Origin: Malacoraja senta
Taxonomy: Eukaryota
Assembly (NCBI GenBank): GCA_038087875.1
Contig: JAXLNO010000051.1
Span: 558,001-622,000, forward strand
Length of the DNA: 64,000 bases
Direction of reading: 5' to 3'
The position numbers and the translations under genes were made by a program. Shown piece by piece: positions 35,136 to 47,400 of the stretch. How positions within the stretch are numbered: position 1 is the first letter of the stretch; every line of letters begins with the position of its first letter. The notes beneath the pieces are model-generated. The model made no database searches. It was given only the letters and a program-made list of their open reading frames with translations, and was not told the DNA's origin.

Positions 35136-36149
35136 TCACGTTGTCCCCGGCTCATGGCGAGAAAGCCGACGTTTGACCGTGTTCCCGCTGCAGAACGCCA
35201 CCTGCGCATCTGCATTGCCAGCCGACTTGTTCCTGGTCCAAACCAATCTGTCCCTCGTTTGTAGGGGTACTTTCTTTTTTGGAAACTTGCCGACCGCCGA
35301 TGGCGTGATCAAGCCCACCATCTTTGCCTCGTCATCCATCTCCTTGACACGCTTGGCTAGGTTTTCTCCAAAGAGTAGGTTGGCCGGCTGTATGTTGCTG
35401 GGCTGGCAGAGTGCTGCAACCTTGAGATTAATGGTGGGCCGAAAGGCACTTTCCCTGGGACAATTTATCTCAAAATGGACGCTACAAAGCAACCCTAGTG
35501 CCTCTTGCTGCGCCTCCGACAGATGCCCTCCATCCTCCGTTCTAGCGAACACCGTGATTCCTGAGCCAAATAGTTTCAGGATTCCCTGCAGCTTCATCTC
35601 CTGGGCATTCCTGCCCACGCCCATCTGGCTCCATATCACCCGGTTCACATCTGGCACCTTCACCAACACGCAATTACCCGGGTCTCCTGTTTCTTGGTGG
35701 TACCAGACTCAGATGGGACAGCGAATCCTGCTGCCAGAGATAAGACCTCTCACAACGGCCGTCTTCGCTAGGCTCGAACTCACCGTCAGAATCGGGGTCA
35801 GAACTGAGCCGACCATCTGCACTCACCTCATCCATGAGGGTGCTCCAAGCATCCCTCTACCAGGTGCTGCCGGCGCGGCCTCTTCTGCAGCCTGCCGCCC
35901 ATACGACTGCTCCCCCTGGAGTGTGCGTTGCTGGAGCAACCACTGTATGAGGTGCTCCATTTGGGAGAACCGTTTAAAAAACGGTCTCCAGCCCCGTACG
36001 GGACTCGTCGCGGCCCTACGAGGGCCTCCCAGACTTCCCCGTGGCCTTACGCACGACTGCCGTTGGCTTTGGTGCTTTGTAACACTAAGTTTGCAGTCAC
36101 CCCGCTCCCGGTCGGCGACTGTGCAGGGGTACGAGGCAACCGCTCGCAT
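35136..36149 (-). pseudogene. DIRS-A gag-like ORF (disrupted)
   Basis: CVLVKVPDVNRVIW...QEMKLQGILK...LLFGENLAKRVKEM, homologous to DIRS-B 41617-42216. Confidence 0.7.
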
Positions 36150-36571
36150 ACCGCATTCCCGCGGCTCTCCTGCTTACCAGCGGCTCGCCTCCCCCTGGTC
36201 GTCTTCAACTGTAAAAAACAAAGCACGGCACCACAGCAAAAGAACATCTTACTCCAGCTAAGTTTTCCCACTTAGCTGAAGTTTAAAATTACTTTAAAAG
36301 TACTTACAACAGGAGGAGCTCTGTCCTCCCCCTGGTCCGTGCGCCAATGCGTCAGACGTAATGACGTGCCTGCGCCCTGACGGGTCTTCTTCACGGAATC
36401 ACTGTCGTGTCTCCGAAGTAAAATTGGCTTTGTATAGATGTAAATTGTCCCCAATGTTTGTAGAATAGTTTCCATGCTGTATCTCTAAACTAAACTGAAA
36501 AACTACATACTTTCCTTGTGCCTTCAACCTCCCAAAGTGCAACACCTCACACTTGCTCAGTTTAAACTCTG

Positions 36572-37040
36572 TCCAAGCAGTCGTTCCAGGTGCGACAGAG
36601 GTTCACTTGCACCTCCACCAACCTCATCAATTGCATCCACTGCTCTAGATGTCAGCTGATCTACATCGATGAGACCAAGTGTAGGCTTGGCGATCGCCTC
36701 GCCGAACACCTCCGCTCAGTCCGCAATAACCAACCTGATCTCTTGGTGAATCAGCACTTCAACTCCCCCTCCCATGACCTTTCTGTTCTGGGCCTCCTCC
36801 ATGACCAGAGTGAGGACCACCGGAAATTGTAGGAGAAGCACCTCATATTTTGCTTGGGCAGTTTGTACCCCATTGGCATGAACATAGACTTCTCCAATTT
36901 CAGGTAGCCCTTACTGTCTCCTCCCTTTCTCCGCTCTCCCCCAGCACTCTGATTCCTCCTCTTCCTTTCTTCTTCCAGCCCCCCCCCCCCCCCAGCCTAC
37001 ATCAGTCTGAAGAAGGGTTTTGGCCCGAAACGTTCCCTAT
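36572..37040 (+). mobile_element. Penelope-like element 3' fragment (GIY-YIG endonuclease) with hammerhead-like motif
   Basis: FTCTSTNLINCIHCSRCQLIYIDETKCRLGDRLAEHLRSV...QHFNSPSH...GMNIDF; ctgaagaagggttttggcccgaaacgtt at 37007-37034. Confidence 0.85.
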
Positions 37041-37579
37041 TTCCGTCACTCCAAACCACCATAGAGTTTTTTTTATCTATCTGCCATTTCTCTACCCATT
37101 TTTCCGCCCATTTCTGAATCTGATCTTCATCCCGCCTTATCTTCCGACAGCTTCCTCATTGTCTGCAACTCCTCCAATATTGGTGTCATCAGCAAACTCA
37201 CCCAGCCACAGATCGCCAGCATCTTCACACATGCGCTCTGATGGAGAGACAGCACATCCTGGACATTTTATGCCGCTGTAAATAGAACAAAGCACCTGAG
37301 TTCACCGTGTCATTGAGAATGTCGGAGTGGTCACTGCCGAACCCGGCTCTCTTTCAACGCCACGCACCCTATCTACTCATACTGCCTCCTTCGGGGAGAT
37401 GAGAACCTGGACCCAAAGATCCCACTGCACATCAATTCTGTCAATGAAGAAGGGTCTTGACCTGAAACGTCACCCATTCCTTCTTGGTCAAGTATGAATA
37501 TTGCTTTCTTTAACTTCAAATACACCTGCGTTCGCTCTCTCTCCATCCCTCCCCCACCAAAGTCACACCAGCTTGAAGA

Positions 37580-38246
37580 CTTGAATTTTCATGGCTTTTC
37601 ATGTCTTGAATTTTCGTGGTTTTAACGTGTTGAATTTTCGTGGCTTTTCATGTCGAATTATCGTGGCTTTTCACGCCTTGAATTTTCGTGGCTTTTCACG
37701 CCTTGAATTTTCGTGGCTTTTGATGTCTTGAATTTTCGTGGGTTTTCGTCTTGATTTTTCGTGGCTTTTCACGTCTTGAATTGTCATTGCGTTTCATGTC
37801 TTCAATTGTCGTGGCTTTCAACGTCTTGAATTTTCTAGGCTTTTCACGTCTTGACTATTGATTTTCACGTCTTGAAATTTCGTGGCTTTTCAAGTCTTGA
37901 AATTTTGTGGGGGGTTTTGTCGTCTTGAATTTTTGTGTATTTTCACATCTTGAATATTCTTGTCTTTTCATTCCTTGAATTTTCGTGGCTTTTCGTGTCA
38001 TGAATTTTTGAGGCTTTTCATGTCTTGAATATTCGTGGCTTTTCATGTCTTGAATTTTCATGGCATTTCATGTCTTGATTTTTCGTGGCTTTTCACGTCA
38101 TGAATTTTCGTGGCTTTTCACGTCTTGAATTTTGTGGTTTTTCAAGTTTTGAATTGCCGTGGCCTTTTACATGTTGAATTTTTGTGGCTTTTCACTTCTT
38201 GAATTTTTGTGGCTTTTCACGTCTGGAATTTTCGTGGCTTTTCATG
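37580..38246. repeat. 25-bp tandem satellite, variant TGAATTTTCGTGGCTTTTCACGTCT
   Basis: 25-nt period (e.g. aatttt at 37681 and 37706), about 26 copies. Confidence 0.92.
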
Positions 38247-38499
38247 ACTCGAAACGTCACCCATTCCTTCTCGCCAGAGATGCTGCCTCTCCCGCTGAGT
38301 TACTCCAGCATTTCGTGTCAACCTTCCGTTTAAACCGGCATCTGCAGTTGCACCTAACACTGTTAATAATTGAGTTTAGTTTAGAGATACAGCGTGGAAA
38401 CAGGCACACCGAGTCTGCACTGACCAACGATCCTCGCACATTATCACTATTAATAGGTTCAAGGCCAAGAGCAAAGTCAGTAACACTGCCATCATGGAG

Positions 38500-39470
38500 T
38501 TCTGCACACGGACGACTGCGCCAATGCAGCACACTGCAGAAGACCCCCAGGGCATACTGAATGCCTTTGCCAAGGCATACAGAGCCATGGGCCTAGATCA
38601 TGTCCCACATCAAACTCCACCCAACCAGCCATCTAAAAGTGGACGACACCAATCTTGAAAATGTTGACCACTTCCCCAACCTTGGCAGCATTCTTTCCTC
38701 AAAAGCTGACTTCGACTCTGTGGTCAACCATCGCCTGAGTTGTGCCAGCGGAGCCTACGCCAGACTCAGGAAAAGTCTTTGAAGACCGAGACATAAAGGT
38801 TCAAACAAAACTGATGGTCTACAGAGCCGTTGTCCTCTAACACCCGGTTGTATGGAGTTGAGTAATGGACCACCTGAGAGCCCTGGAACAATATCATCGA
38901 AGATCCTTACGAAAAATTCTGAGGATTAGCTGGGAGGACAAACGAACCAACATCAGCATTTTGGAGGAAGCCAACGTGACCAGCATCACAACCACAATAA
39001 TACAGCACCAACTTCGATGGCCTGGCCTTATCATCCGCATGTTCAACACACGTCTCCCTAATCAAATCCTGTACTCTCAACTGAAGGAAGATCGGCGAGC
39101 CCCCGGCAGGCCAAAGAAAGGTTTCGAGGACAACACCTAGAACAGTTTGAAGAAATTCAACATCACATCAAGCAACTGGGAGTGCATTGCACTAGACATG
39201 CATTCTTGGAGGAAGTCCGTGCAGGAATGAGCTGCACTTCACGAAATGGAACCACGCCGTGTCGCAGAGACAAAGTGACAGCAGCGTAAGGAGAGAGAGA
39301 AGGAGGCTCGACAACTACCAACCGCCGCCAGTCTCCACTGCCCACGTTGCACCAAGGTGTGTGGATCGTGGATCGGCCTTTACAGACGTCTGCAGACCCA
39401 CATGTGGACGACCTTATGGAGAGGACAGTCATACTCGTTTCGAGTGACCGCCGATGATCACACAAGAGAC
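38500..39470 (+). mobile_element. RTE-clade LINE 3' fragment
   Basis: LENVDHFPNLGS...HRLSCASGAY.RL...LRKILRISWEDKRTNISILEEA...QLRW.G..IRM...RLP.QILY..LK..R..GRPKK.F.D. Confidence 0.85.
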
Positions 39471-39689
39471 ACAATTTAAACTGTTATGCCAAGCCAATTT
39501 ATGTATATAATGTAAATAAATGAGCTGGACATCAACGTTGATTGGTTACGTTTAATTTCGAGATACAGTGCGGAGACAGTCCCTTCCCCCCACCGAATCC
39601 GCACCGAGGAAGGAACGGCAGATGTTGGTTTACACCGCAGATAGACACAAAATCTAGAGTAACCCAGCGGGGCTGGCAGCATATCTCGA

Positions 39690-39990
39690 GAAAGGGTGAC
39701 GTTTTGGTTCGAGACTCTTCTTCAGACTGAGAGGCAGGTGAAAGGGAAACAAGAGGTATGGGAAGGTACAGAACAAATCAGGCCGAAACGATGGCCCAGG
39801 AAAGGTGGAGCCCTCAATGGTCTATTCCTTATCATGGAAGAGATACAAACAGGGAAACTAGCAGAACCATAAAGTGGGGGAGGAACAGAGAGAGGGTAAG
39901 CAAGGGTTACTTGAGGTTTGAGAAGGCAATGTTCATATTGCTGGGGTGTAAGCTGCCCAAGCGAAATGTGCGGTGCTATTCCTCCAATTC
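39690..39990 (-). mobile_element. Penelope-like 3' fragment
   Basis: Minus strand ...HRTFRLGSLHPSNMNIAFSNLK* then a tail with ctgaagaagagtctcgaaccaaaacgtc. Confidence 0.6.
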
Positions 39991-40017
39991 AGTTGGTTGT
40001 AACTATGAAACACCAGT

Positions 40018-40240
40018 ATGTAGCTAGCTATCCAGTCTGTAGCCATGTAGCTAGCTACCTAGTTAGCGAGTTGCTAGCACAGCCTCGGTAGCTACCTAGC
40101 TGTCCAGTACGTAGATCACTCTAGCTAGCTACCTAGCTATGCAGTTTGTAGCTCAGTTTTGCTATCGACCTAGCCATCGAGTATGTAGCCATTTAGCTAG
40201 CTGCCAAGTTATACAGGATGTAGTCATCTAGCTGGCTCAA
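40018..40240. repeat. Degenerate (TAGC)n microsatellite
   Basis: Repeated tagctagcta units. Confidence 0.8.
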
Positions 40241-40434
40241 TTGTGATCATGTTTTGTCTTTCTGCTATCTGGTTAGCTCGCGACTAAAGCTTTTCACTGT
40301 ACCTCGGTACACGTGAGAATAAATTAAGGGGGAAAGAATTATATGAGATTGTTACTTGGATTGGTGTAACATCACACCAGTTGTTGTTGTAAAGCTTCAG
40401 TTGTTGTTGTTGCTCATATTGTATTGCTCCTTTA

Positions 40435-40655
40435 CAGGTGCTCTCCCCTAAATCTCCCCTAAATTTACAGATGCCTTCCCTACTGCACCATTTAAAGGTG
40501 CACTCCCTTAATTCACCATTTACAGATTCCCTCCTAATTCACAGTTTAAAAGTGCCCTCCTCTAAATCCCCCTCCCATATACAAGCCCTACCCTCAATCA
40601 ACATTCACAGGTGCCCTTCCCTAAATCCCCCTATTTCTAGGCACCCTCCCCTATA
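40435..40655. repeat. Degenerate ~27-32-bp minisatellite (caggtgcccttccctaaatcccc-like)
   Basis: About 8 diverged copies. Confidence 0.6.
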
Positions 40656-40688
40656 TGTAGCCATCTAGCTAATATTATGCATCCTGTA

Positions 40689-43600
40689 ATTTTACTTCGG
40701 AGTCACGTGAGTGACTACGTGAAGAAGACCCCGTCCAGGCGCACACGCGTCATATCGTCAGACGCATAGCGGCAGCGACCGTGTTGGGAGGAGCAGAGCC
40801 CCTCCAAGCGGTGAGTGCAAAAAGCCTGAAGGTAAGTGGTTTCACTTCCGCTTACAGGTCGCTTTCTTCCGGAAGACTTTGCGCTGTGTGCCAGACAAGT
40901 CTAATATGGAGAAAGTGCGAAAAGGCAAATGGAGGCGTACCGCAGGTAAACCTCAAGAGGTCCGCGGGTCTGAGAGTAGCGGGCGCCCGATTAAAGAGTC
41001 AGTGGCAGAAAAGTCAGCGACTGCAGAAACGGCAACTAAAAGTACCGTTGCAGCTCCATTAGGGTGCAAGGCCAAAAGAAAAACTGATCGGCCAGTAGAC
41101 TCTGAAGAGTCAGACCCGGAGGTTACCCCACCTCAGGAGGAGATTATGTCTTCTCGGGTCGCTAACCTGGAATTCCTCATGGGGAAAATGATTTATCAGG
41201 ACCCACTCCAGGAAGAGTACAGTCCGACTTTGGCCTGCAGGAGAGCCAGCGCAGGGTGTGCCTGTAAAAGGTGGGGTTCAGCGTTGGCCTACAGGAGAGC
41301 CAGCGTCAGTAATGTCTCATGTAAGACAATATATGGGTTGGCCTACAGGAGAGCCAGCATCAGCAATGTCTGAAGAAAGACAATTCATGCGTTGGCCTAC
41401 AGGAGAGCCAGCGCCAGCAGCACCGAAAGAAGGGCTGCCTATACGTGGGCCGACGGGAGAGCCCGCGAGGGGAGCACCTGCAAAAGGGTTTACTATGCGT
41501 AGGCCTACGGGAGAGCCAGCGCTAGAAACACACGAAGCAGAGATACCAGATCAGCCCCACTATGAGGAGGAATTTCCAGGGCAGCAAGATTCGAATGATG
41601 AATCATACGAGGACCAATGCCCAGTAACAGAGCCCAGAATACCAGGTCTGGCCCAAAAATTCCCCGTTCCCAGACTGAAAGGGAAACCTTTGGCAGAGGA
41701 AATAGCAATGACAATAAATTGTTTGTTCTCCCATCAACTGGAGGAACTGACTATGGACGAGACTGTCAAAAATATGAAACCCCGCAGAATTGCGCACTGC
41801 TAGCAGTCCCAGCAGTTAATAATATAATATGGGGCTATTTGGGCATTACAGTACGCGCACAAGAAATGAAATTACAGCGGGTGTTGAAGTTGCTGGGGTC
41901 AGGTATTACGGATTTTGCCAGAGGCTTGGATGAGGAGCACGTGGCTGTGTCACAACAGGATGCCTTAGCACTCATGTGTAATGCGCACTGTATTCGTAAA
42001 AGTGCTGTAAGGCCTAACATACATCCTACGTTTGCGGGGCTCTGTAAAGCAACTGATATTCAATTGCCTAATCTGATTTTTGGGGGAAATCTAGCCAAAA
42101 GGGTGAAAGACCTGAATGAAGAAGCAAAAACCGTGGGAATGATAAAAATCACCGGTGCTTGGCAGATCTGTTCGAAGGTAATTTCCCTACCGAAGCGCGG
42201 TGACTGGGGCCGGTGAAGGAACAAGTCGGTCGTTCCCATATACGCGTTATTGGCGCACTGCTCCTGGGACACGTGGTAGTTACAGTGTTCCCACTAAGAG
42301 CAGGGGACAACATTTGACACCAGCAAACCCTGAGGTAGGTGGGTCTAGTCCTGGAAGAAACATATTAAGTGTTTCACATTTGCAAATTGGGGGAAGGTTA
42401 CAATTCTTTATAAAAGAATGGCAAAAAATAACATCTGATGTGTTTATACTGTGCAGTATTATGGGGTTCAGAATTGAATTCTACCCATATTTGGATCCTC
42501 CTACTCAACATGTTTCAAGTCGGACACGTATTTTTTCAAAAGAAGAGGATATGGACATTCAAGTGGAACTTGAAATATTGTGTGGGAAAGGGGTCATTGA
42601 AAAGTCAGTTCACCAACAGCACCAATTTGTGTCAATCATTTTTCCTAGTGCAAAAAAGGATGCTGGCTGTGGAATTATTCTCGATCTGACATGTCTTAAC
42701 CCTTTTGTACAATATAAACATTTTAAATTGGAGACATTTGCCAATGCTATACAGCTAATTTCAAGAAAATACTATATGGCTAGCATAGATCTGCAAGATG
42801 CATATAAAGTTCAACTGGATGAGCCAATTATGGCATTTTAAAGCATTGCCTAATGGGTTAACCTCAGCCCGTAGACTATTTACGAAATTGTTAAAACCAA
42901 TCTTAGCTTTGCTAAGAGCTCAGGGCCATTTGGTAAAGGCTTATTTGGATGATATTTTAATTGTGGGTAACACTCGGGCTACAACAGAAGCATCGGTGTC
43001 AATAGTCAAGCTCACATTTGAGAGGCTGCGGTTTGTGATACATCCAGTTAAAAATCCAAATTGTCACCAAGCACAGTAATTGATTACTTGGGGTTCACTA
43101 TTAATTCAGAACACATGGTAGTGACTTTGCCCATTAAAATCTGCAGTTAATTGAGGGTTGTATCATGCTCATTACAATGCATCAACCATCAATTAGGCAA
43201 GTGGCAAGCTTGCTTGGCAAACTAAATGCTTCATTTCCAGCTGTGCAGTTTGGTCCACTGCATTATCTGCAACTGCAGCGAGCAAAGGTACAAGCGTTGA
43301 GGAGACATTTAGGGCGTTTTTGATAGACCCATGCAATTACCAGTAACAGCTATTACTGAAATACAATGGTGGATCAGGAATGTCTCATATGATTCCAGGG
43401 AAATTCTGGTTGAAACACCTGCTATTATTCTGCAGACTGGGGAGCTACTGATACTATTTCCAGCTGTGGAGGTAGATGGAATGTGGAAGATGTACCTTTG
43501 CTCCAAGCACATGGGATCTATTACCTAGAACTGTTAGGTACATTTTATGGGCTTAAAGCTTATTGCTCTAATGTGCAAAACTTGCATGTACAGGTTCAGA

Positions 43601-44490
43601 TTGACAACACTACGGCTGTCGCGTATGTTAATCACATGGGTGGAATCAAGCCAGAATCTTGTGATAGATTGGCAAACGTTATCTGGAACTGGTGTATTAA
43701 CAGAAACATTTGGCTTTCGGCAATCTACCTACCAGGTAGATTTAACATAATCGCAGACATCAGGTCACGTAAATTCAATGACAATACAGAATGGATGTTA
43801 AATCGTGACAACTTTAATAAAATTGTTGCGCAATTTGGGATGCCAGAAATTGACTTGTTTGCATCTAGACTTAACCACCAATTACCTAATATGTTTCATG
43901 GGAACCAGATCCTGGTGCAACAGCGGTGGGTGCATTCTCGCTACATTGGGGTGGAATGTTTTTGTATGCATTTACTCCATTTTGTCTCATTAGTAGGTGT
44001 CTACAAAATATCAAGCAGGACTCCGCTTCAGGAGTGTTGGTGGTACCAGATTGGCCTACACAACCATGGTACCCACTGGTGTTAAAAATGATCACAAAGC
44101 CTCTTATGGTTATTCCTAAACAAGAAAACCTACTTGTGCACACTGTAACTGGTGATTCGCATCCTTTACATGATCGTATTGGTTTGTTGATTGGCAGATT
44201 CTAAGGAGGCCGTATCTCGGAAGAGGACTATCAGAGCGTACGGTGGATGTTATTGCAGCAGCCTGGAAGAATAGTACCCAAAAGCAGTACATTTCTTACA
44301 TACGAAAAAGGGAGGTGTGTTGCTTAAGGCAGAATATTTCATATCACAGTGCAAACATCCCAGATGTGTTAGAGTTTTTGTCAACTCTCTATTTTGATTT
44401 GAAATTAAGTTATAGTGCGATCAATACTACAAGAAGTGTCCTCTCTGCATATCTATGGAGGGAGTCAGAACAATATCTTGTAGGATCACA
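40689..44490 (+). mobile_element. DIRS1-like element (DIRS-B), 3'-truncated within YR by satellite
   Basis: Starts ATTttacttcggagtcacgtgagtgactacgtgaagaagaccc like the DIRS-A 5' end; gag 40907-42216; RT (IILDL..LN, HFKLE, SIDLQDAY, AYLDDIL); RNaseH (QIDNTTAVAYVNHMGG); MT-like (IDLFASRLN..LYAFTPF); YR N-terminus 44243-44490. Confidence 0.92.
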
Positions 44491-47400
44491 CCGCTTTTCG
44501 CATGCTGAATTTTCTTCGCTTTTTGTGTGCTGAATTTTCGTTGCTTTTAGTATGCTGCAATTTCGTCGCTTTTCACGTCCAGAAATTTCGTCACTTTTCG
44601 CCTGCTGAATTTTCGTCGCTTTTCGCGTCCTGAAGGATCGGTGCTTTTCACGTGCTGAATTGTTGTTGCTTTTCGTGTCCTGAATGTTCGTCACTATTCG
44701 CCTACTGAATTTTTGTCGCTTTTCACGTCCTGAAGGTTCGTCACTTTGCGTGTGCTGAAATGTTGTCGCTTTTTTTGCGCGTTAACTTCGTAAACTGGAC
44801 GGGGAAAAAACAATTTACAAAATTAGATCAGACAAGGGAGAAATATTAACACTGCCTAAAGATATGAATGATAGATTTTTACAATACTATCAAAAACTGT
44901 ACTCATCTAAAACGACAGAACATTCAGCAGGAATGGAAACATTTCTACAGAAATGTAACCTTACAGGTTTAGATCAGAAAGAGAGAGAATCACCAGATGC
45001 GGAAATTACGGTAAAAGGCATCGCAGAGTCAATTAGATATTTTAAAAACGGAAAGGCCCCAGGTCCGGATGGTCTAGGCTCTGAATTTTATTTAAAAAAT
45101 CTGATTTCTCCACGCCTACAGACACTATACAAATACGTTTACACTCAACAGAAACTCCCAGAAACTCTAAATGAATCTACAATCATACTTATACCAAAAA
45201 CGGATAAGGATCCCGAAGACCCAGGTTCATATAGAGCAATAGCTCTCTTAAATACTGATTTAAAAAAAATTAACCAAAATCCTATCTCATAGATTGATCT
45301 TAGGGATTAACAAATTAACACACCCCGACCAAACTGGTTTTATTCCAAAACGTTACTCATTTTATAATTTGAGAAGACTATTCAATATTATATATACAAA
45401 TAGAATTCCTAATGCAGACCTAGCAATTATATTGTTAGATGCTGAAAAAGCATTTGACCAGGTAGAATGGTCATATTTATTTTCGGTAATGGAAAAATTT
45501 CAACGTAGAGAAGTACTGTACATGGATTAAACTGTTATACTCCAATCCAACGGCTAGAATATTAACAAACCAAATGTTATCAGCTAAATTTAATCTTTCT
45601 AGAGGTTGCAGACAAGGATGCTCACCATCCCCACTATTATTTGCTCTTGCCATTGAACCATTAGCAGAAAGCGTTAGAACCCATCCAGGAATACACGGGT
45701 ACAACACTAGTGATACAAGGAATACAATTTCCTTATATGCAGATGATATACTAATATATATTACAAAGTTAGAAATTAGTATTCCAAATCTATTAAATCT
45801 AATAACTCAATTTGGTCAGTTCTCAGGATATAGAATTAACTGGAATAAAAGTGAAATCATGCCAATAACAAAATTCAATTTAAATACATTGCAACAATCC
45901 CCTTTTAAAATAGTTAAAGATAAACTTAAATATTTAGGAATCTACGTAACTAAGACATATACCTCTTTATTTAAATTGAATTTTCCACCCGTACTTAATA
46001 AATTACACAAGAATATTCAGTACTGGAAAACAATTCCCATTTCAATGCTTGGTAGAATTAATGCTATAAAAATGATCTTGTTACCGCAACTAATGTACCT
46101 ATTTCAATTAATACTGATATATATCCCAAAATACGTTTAAAAATAAGTCGACTCCATTGTTACAAGCTTTATTTGGGATTATAAGAATCATAGAATAAGT
46201 AAAAACATGTTTGTAAGTCAAAGAGCAACGGAGGTTTGGCTTTGCCAAATTTCTTATTTTATTTCTGAGCAGTCCATATTAAAAACATGAATTTCTGGCT
46301 GGAAGAAATGGATCAATATCCAGATTGGTTAAGGATGGAAAAGGAAGACTGTTTACCTTTTGAAATTCGTTCGATCATATTTGCTCCCACAAAATTGCAT
46401 AAAAAAACCTATAAGGAAAACCCTATAATACATACTGGAATACGAATTTGGAAACAATTTTAAAAAGCTTTAAAACAGAATAATATACCACTACGTCTTC
46501 CCATTGTAAATAATCCTTTATTCAAGCCATCCATATTGGATGGAGGTTTTATACAATGGAAAAATTATGGAATTAAAAAGATTGGACATCTTTATAGGGA
46601 AGGCATTTTTCTGTCATTTCAAGAGTTACAACAGAATCATGGACTGCACTCAGATAATTTTTTCAGATATCTACAAATTAGAGATTATGTTAAATCTAAT
46701 ACACAAATATATAGGACTACGGAACCAGAAATTGTTGATGAATGTTTGAATAAGCATCCTAACACTGAAAAATTAATAGCTTATATTTATAACACCCTCT
46801 TAAACAATGAGGTACCACCGATGGAACTATATAGACACACATGGGAAAATGAGTTAGGTCATTCTATAACGAAAGACATTTGGGACGAAAGTTTACAACA
46901 TATACATCAATACACGTTAAATGCCAGACAGGCTTTAATACAATGTAAACTCTTACACAGATTACATTATTCCAAAATAAAACTAAATATAATCTTCCCA
47001 CATATTTCTCCTATCTGTGATAAATGCCTACCTCTAGAGGCCAATTTAACACATACTTTTGCCAATTGTATAAAAATTAAAAATTTCTGGATTGATATTT
47101 ATGAAATAATTTCTGAAGTTGTTAATACTAAATTGGATCCAGACTCAAAATTAATAATACTTGGGATATCAGAACAAAGTTTAACACTCACAACAAGCCA
47201 AAGAAACTTCCTTGACGACAGTATAATAACTGGGAAAAAATTAATATTAAAATTTTGGAAAGGTCCTATAACCCCCACAATTAAAATGTGGATTGTGGAA
47301 ATGTCGGAGACCCTACATCTAGAAAGAATTAGACTTGTCTTAATGGACAAACAAGAACTTTTTGTTAAAATATGGGCTCCATTCATTAACTATTTGAAGG

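Larger units (their letters stand above)
31975..36424 (-). mobile_element. DIRS1-like tyrosine-recombinase retrotransposon (DIRS-A), structurally complete, ORFs decayed
   Basis: ITR cores at ~32049-32082 and 36362-36395; ICR at 32202-32310 complementary to both termini; gag, RT/RNaseH, methyltransferase-like and YR remnants. Confidence 0.93.
31830..36495 (+). mobile_element. HE1-like SINE split by DIRS-A (31830-31977 and 36425-36495)
   Basis: SINE '...ggttaat|tggctt...gtaaattgtccc' rejoins across the DIRS; compare the intact copy at 1460-1500. Confidence 0.8.

Noticed and set aside
35074..36261. 395-aa plus-strand ORF
   Set aside because: Antisense to DIRS-A gag, with no recognisable domain or ATG start.
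41229..41525. CRISPR-like repeat/spacer appearance
   Set aside because: Eukaryotic retrotransposon gag, in-frame 54-bp coding repeat, spacers partly related to each other, no cas genes.
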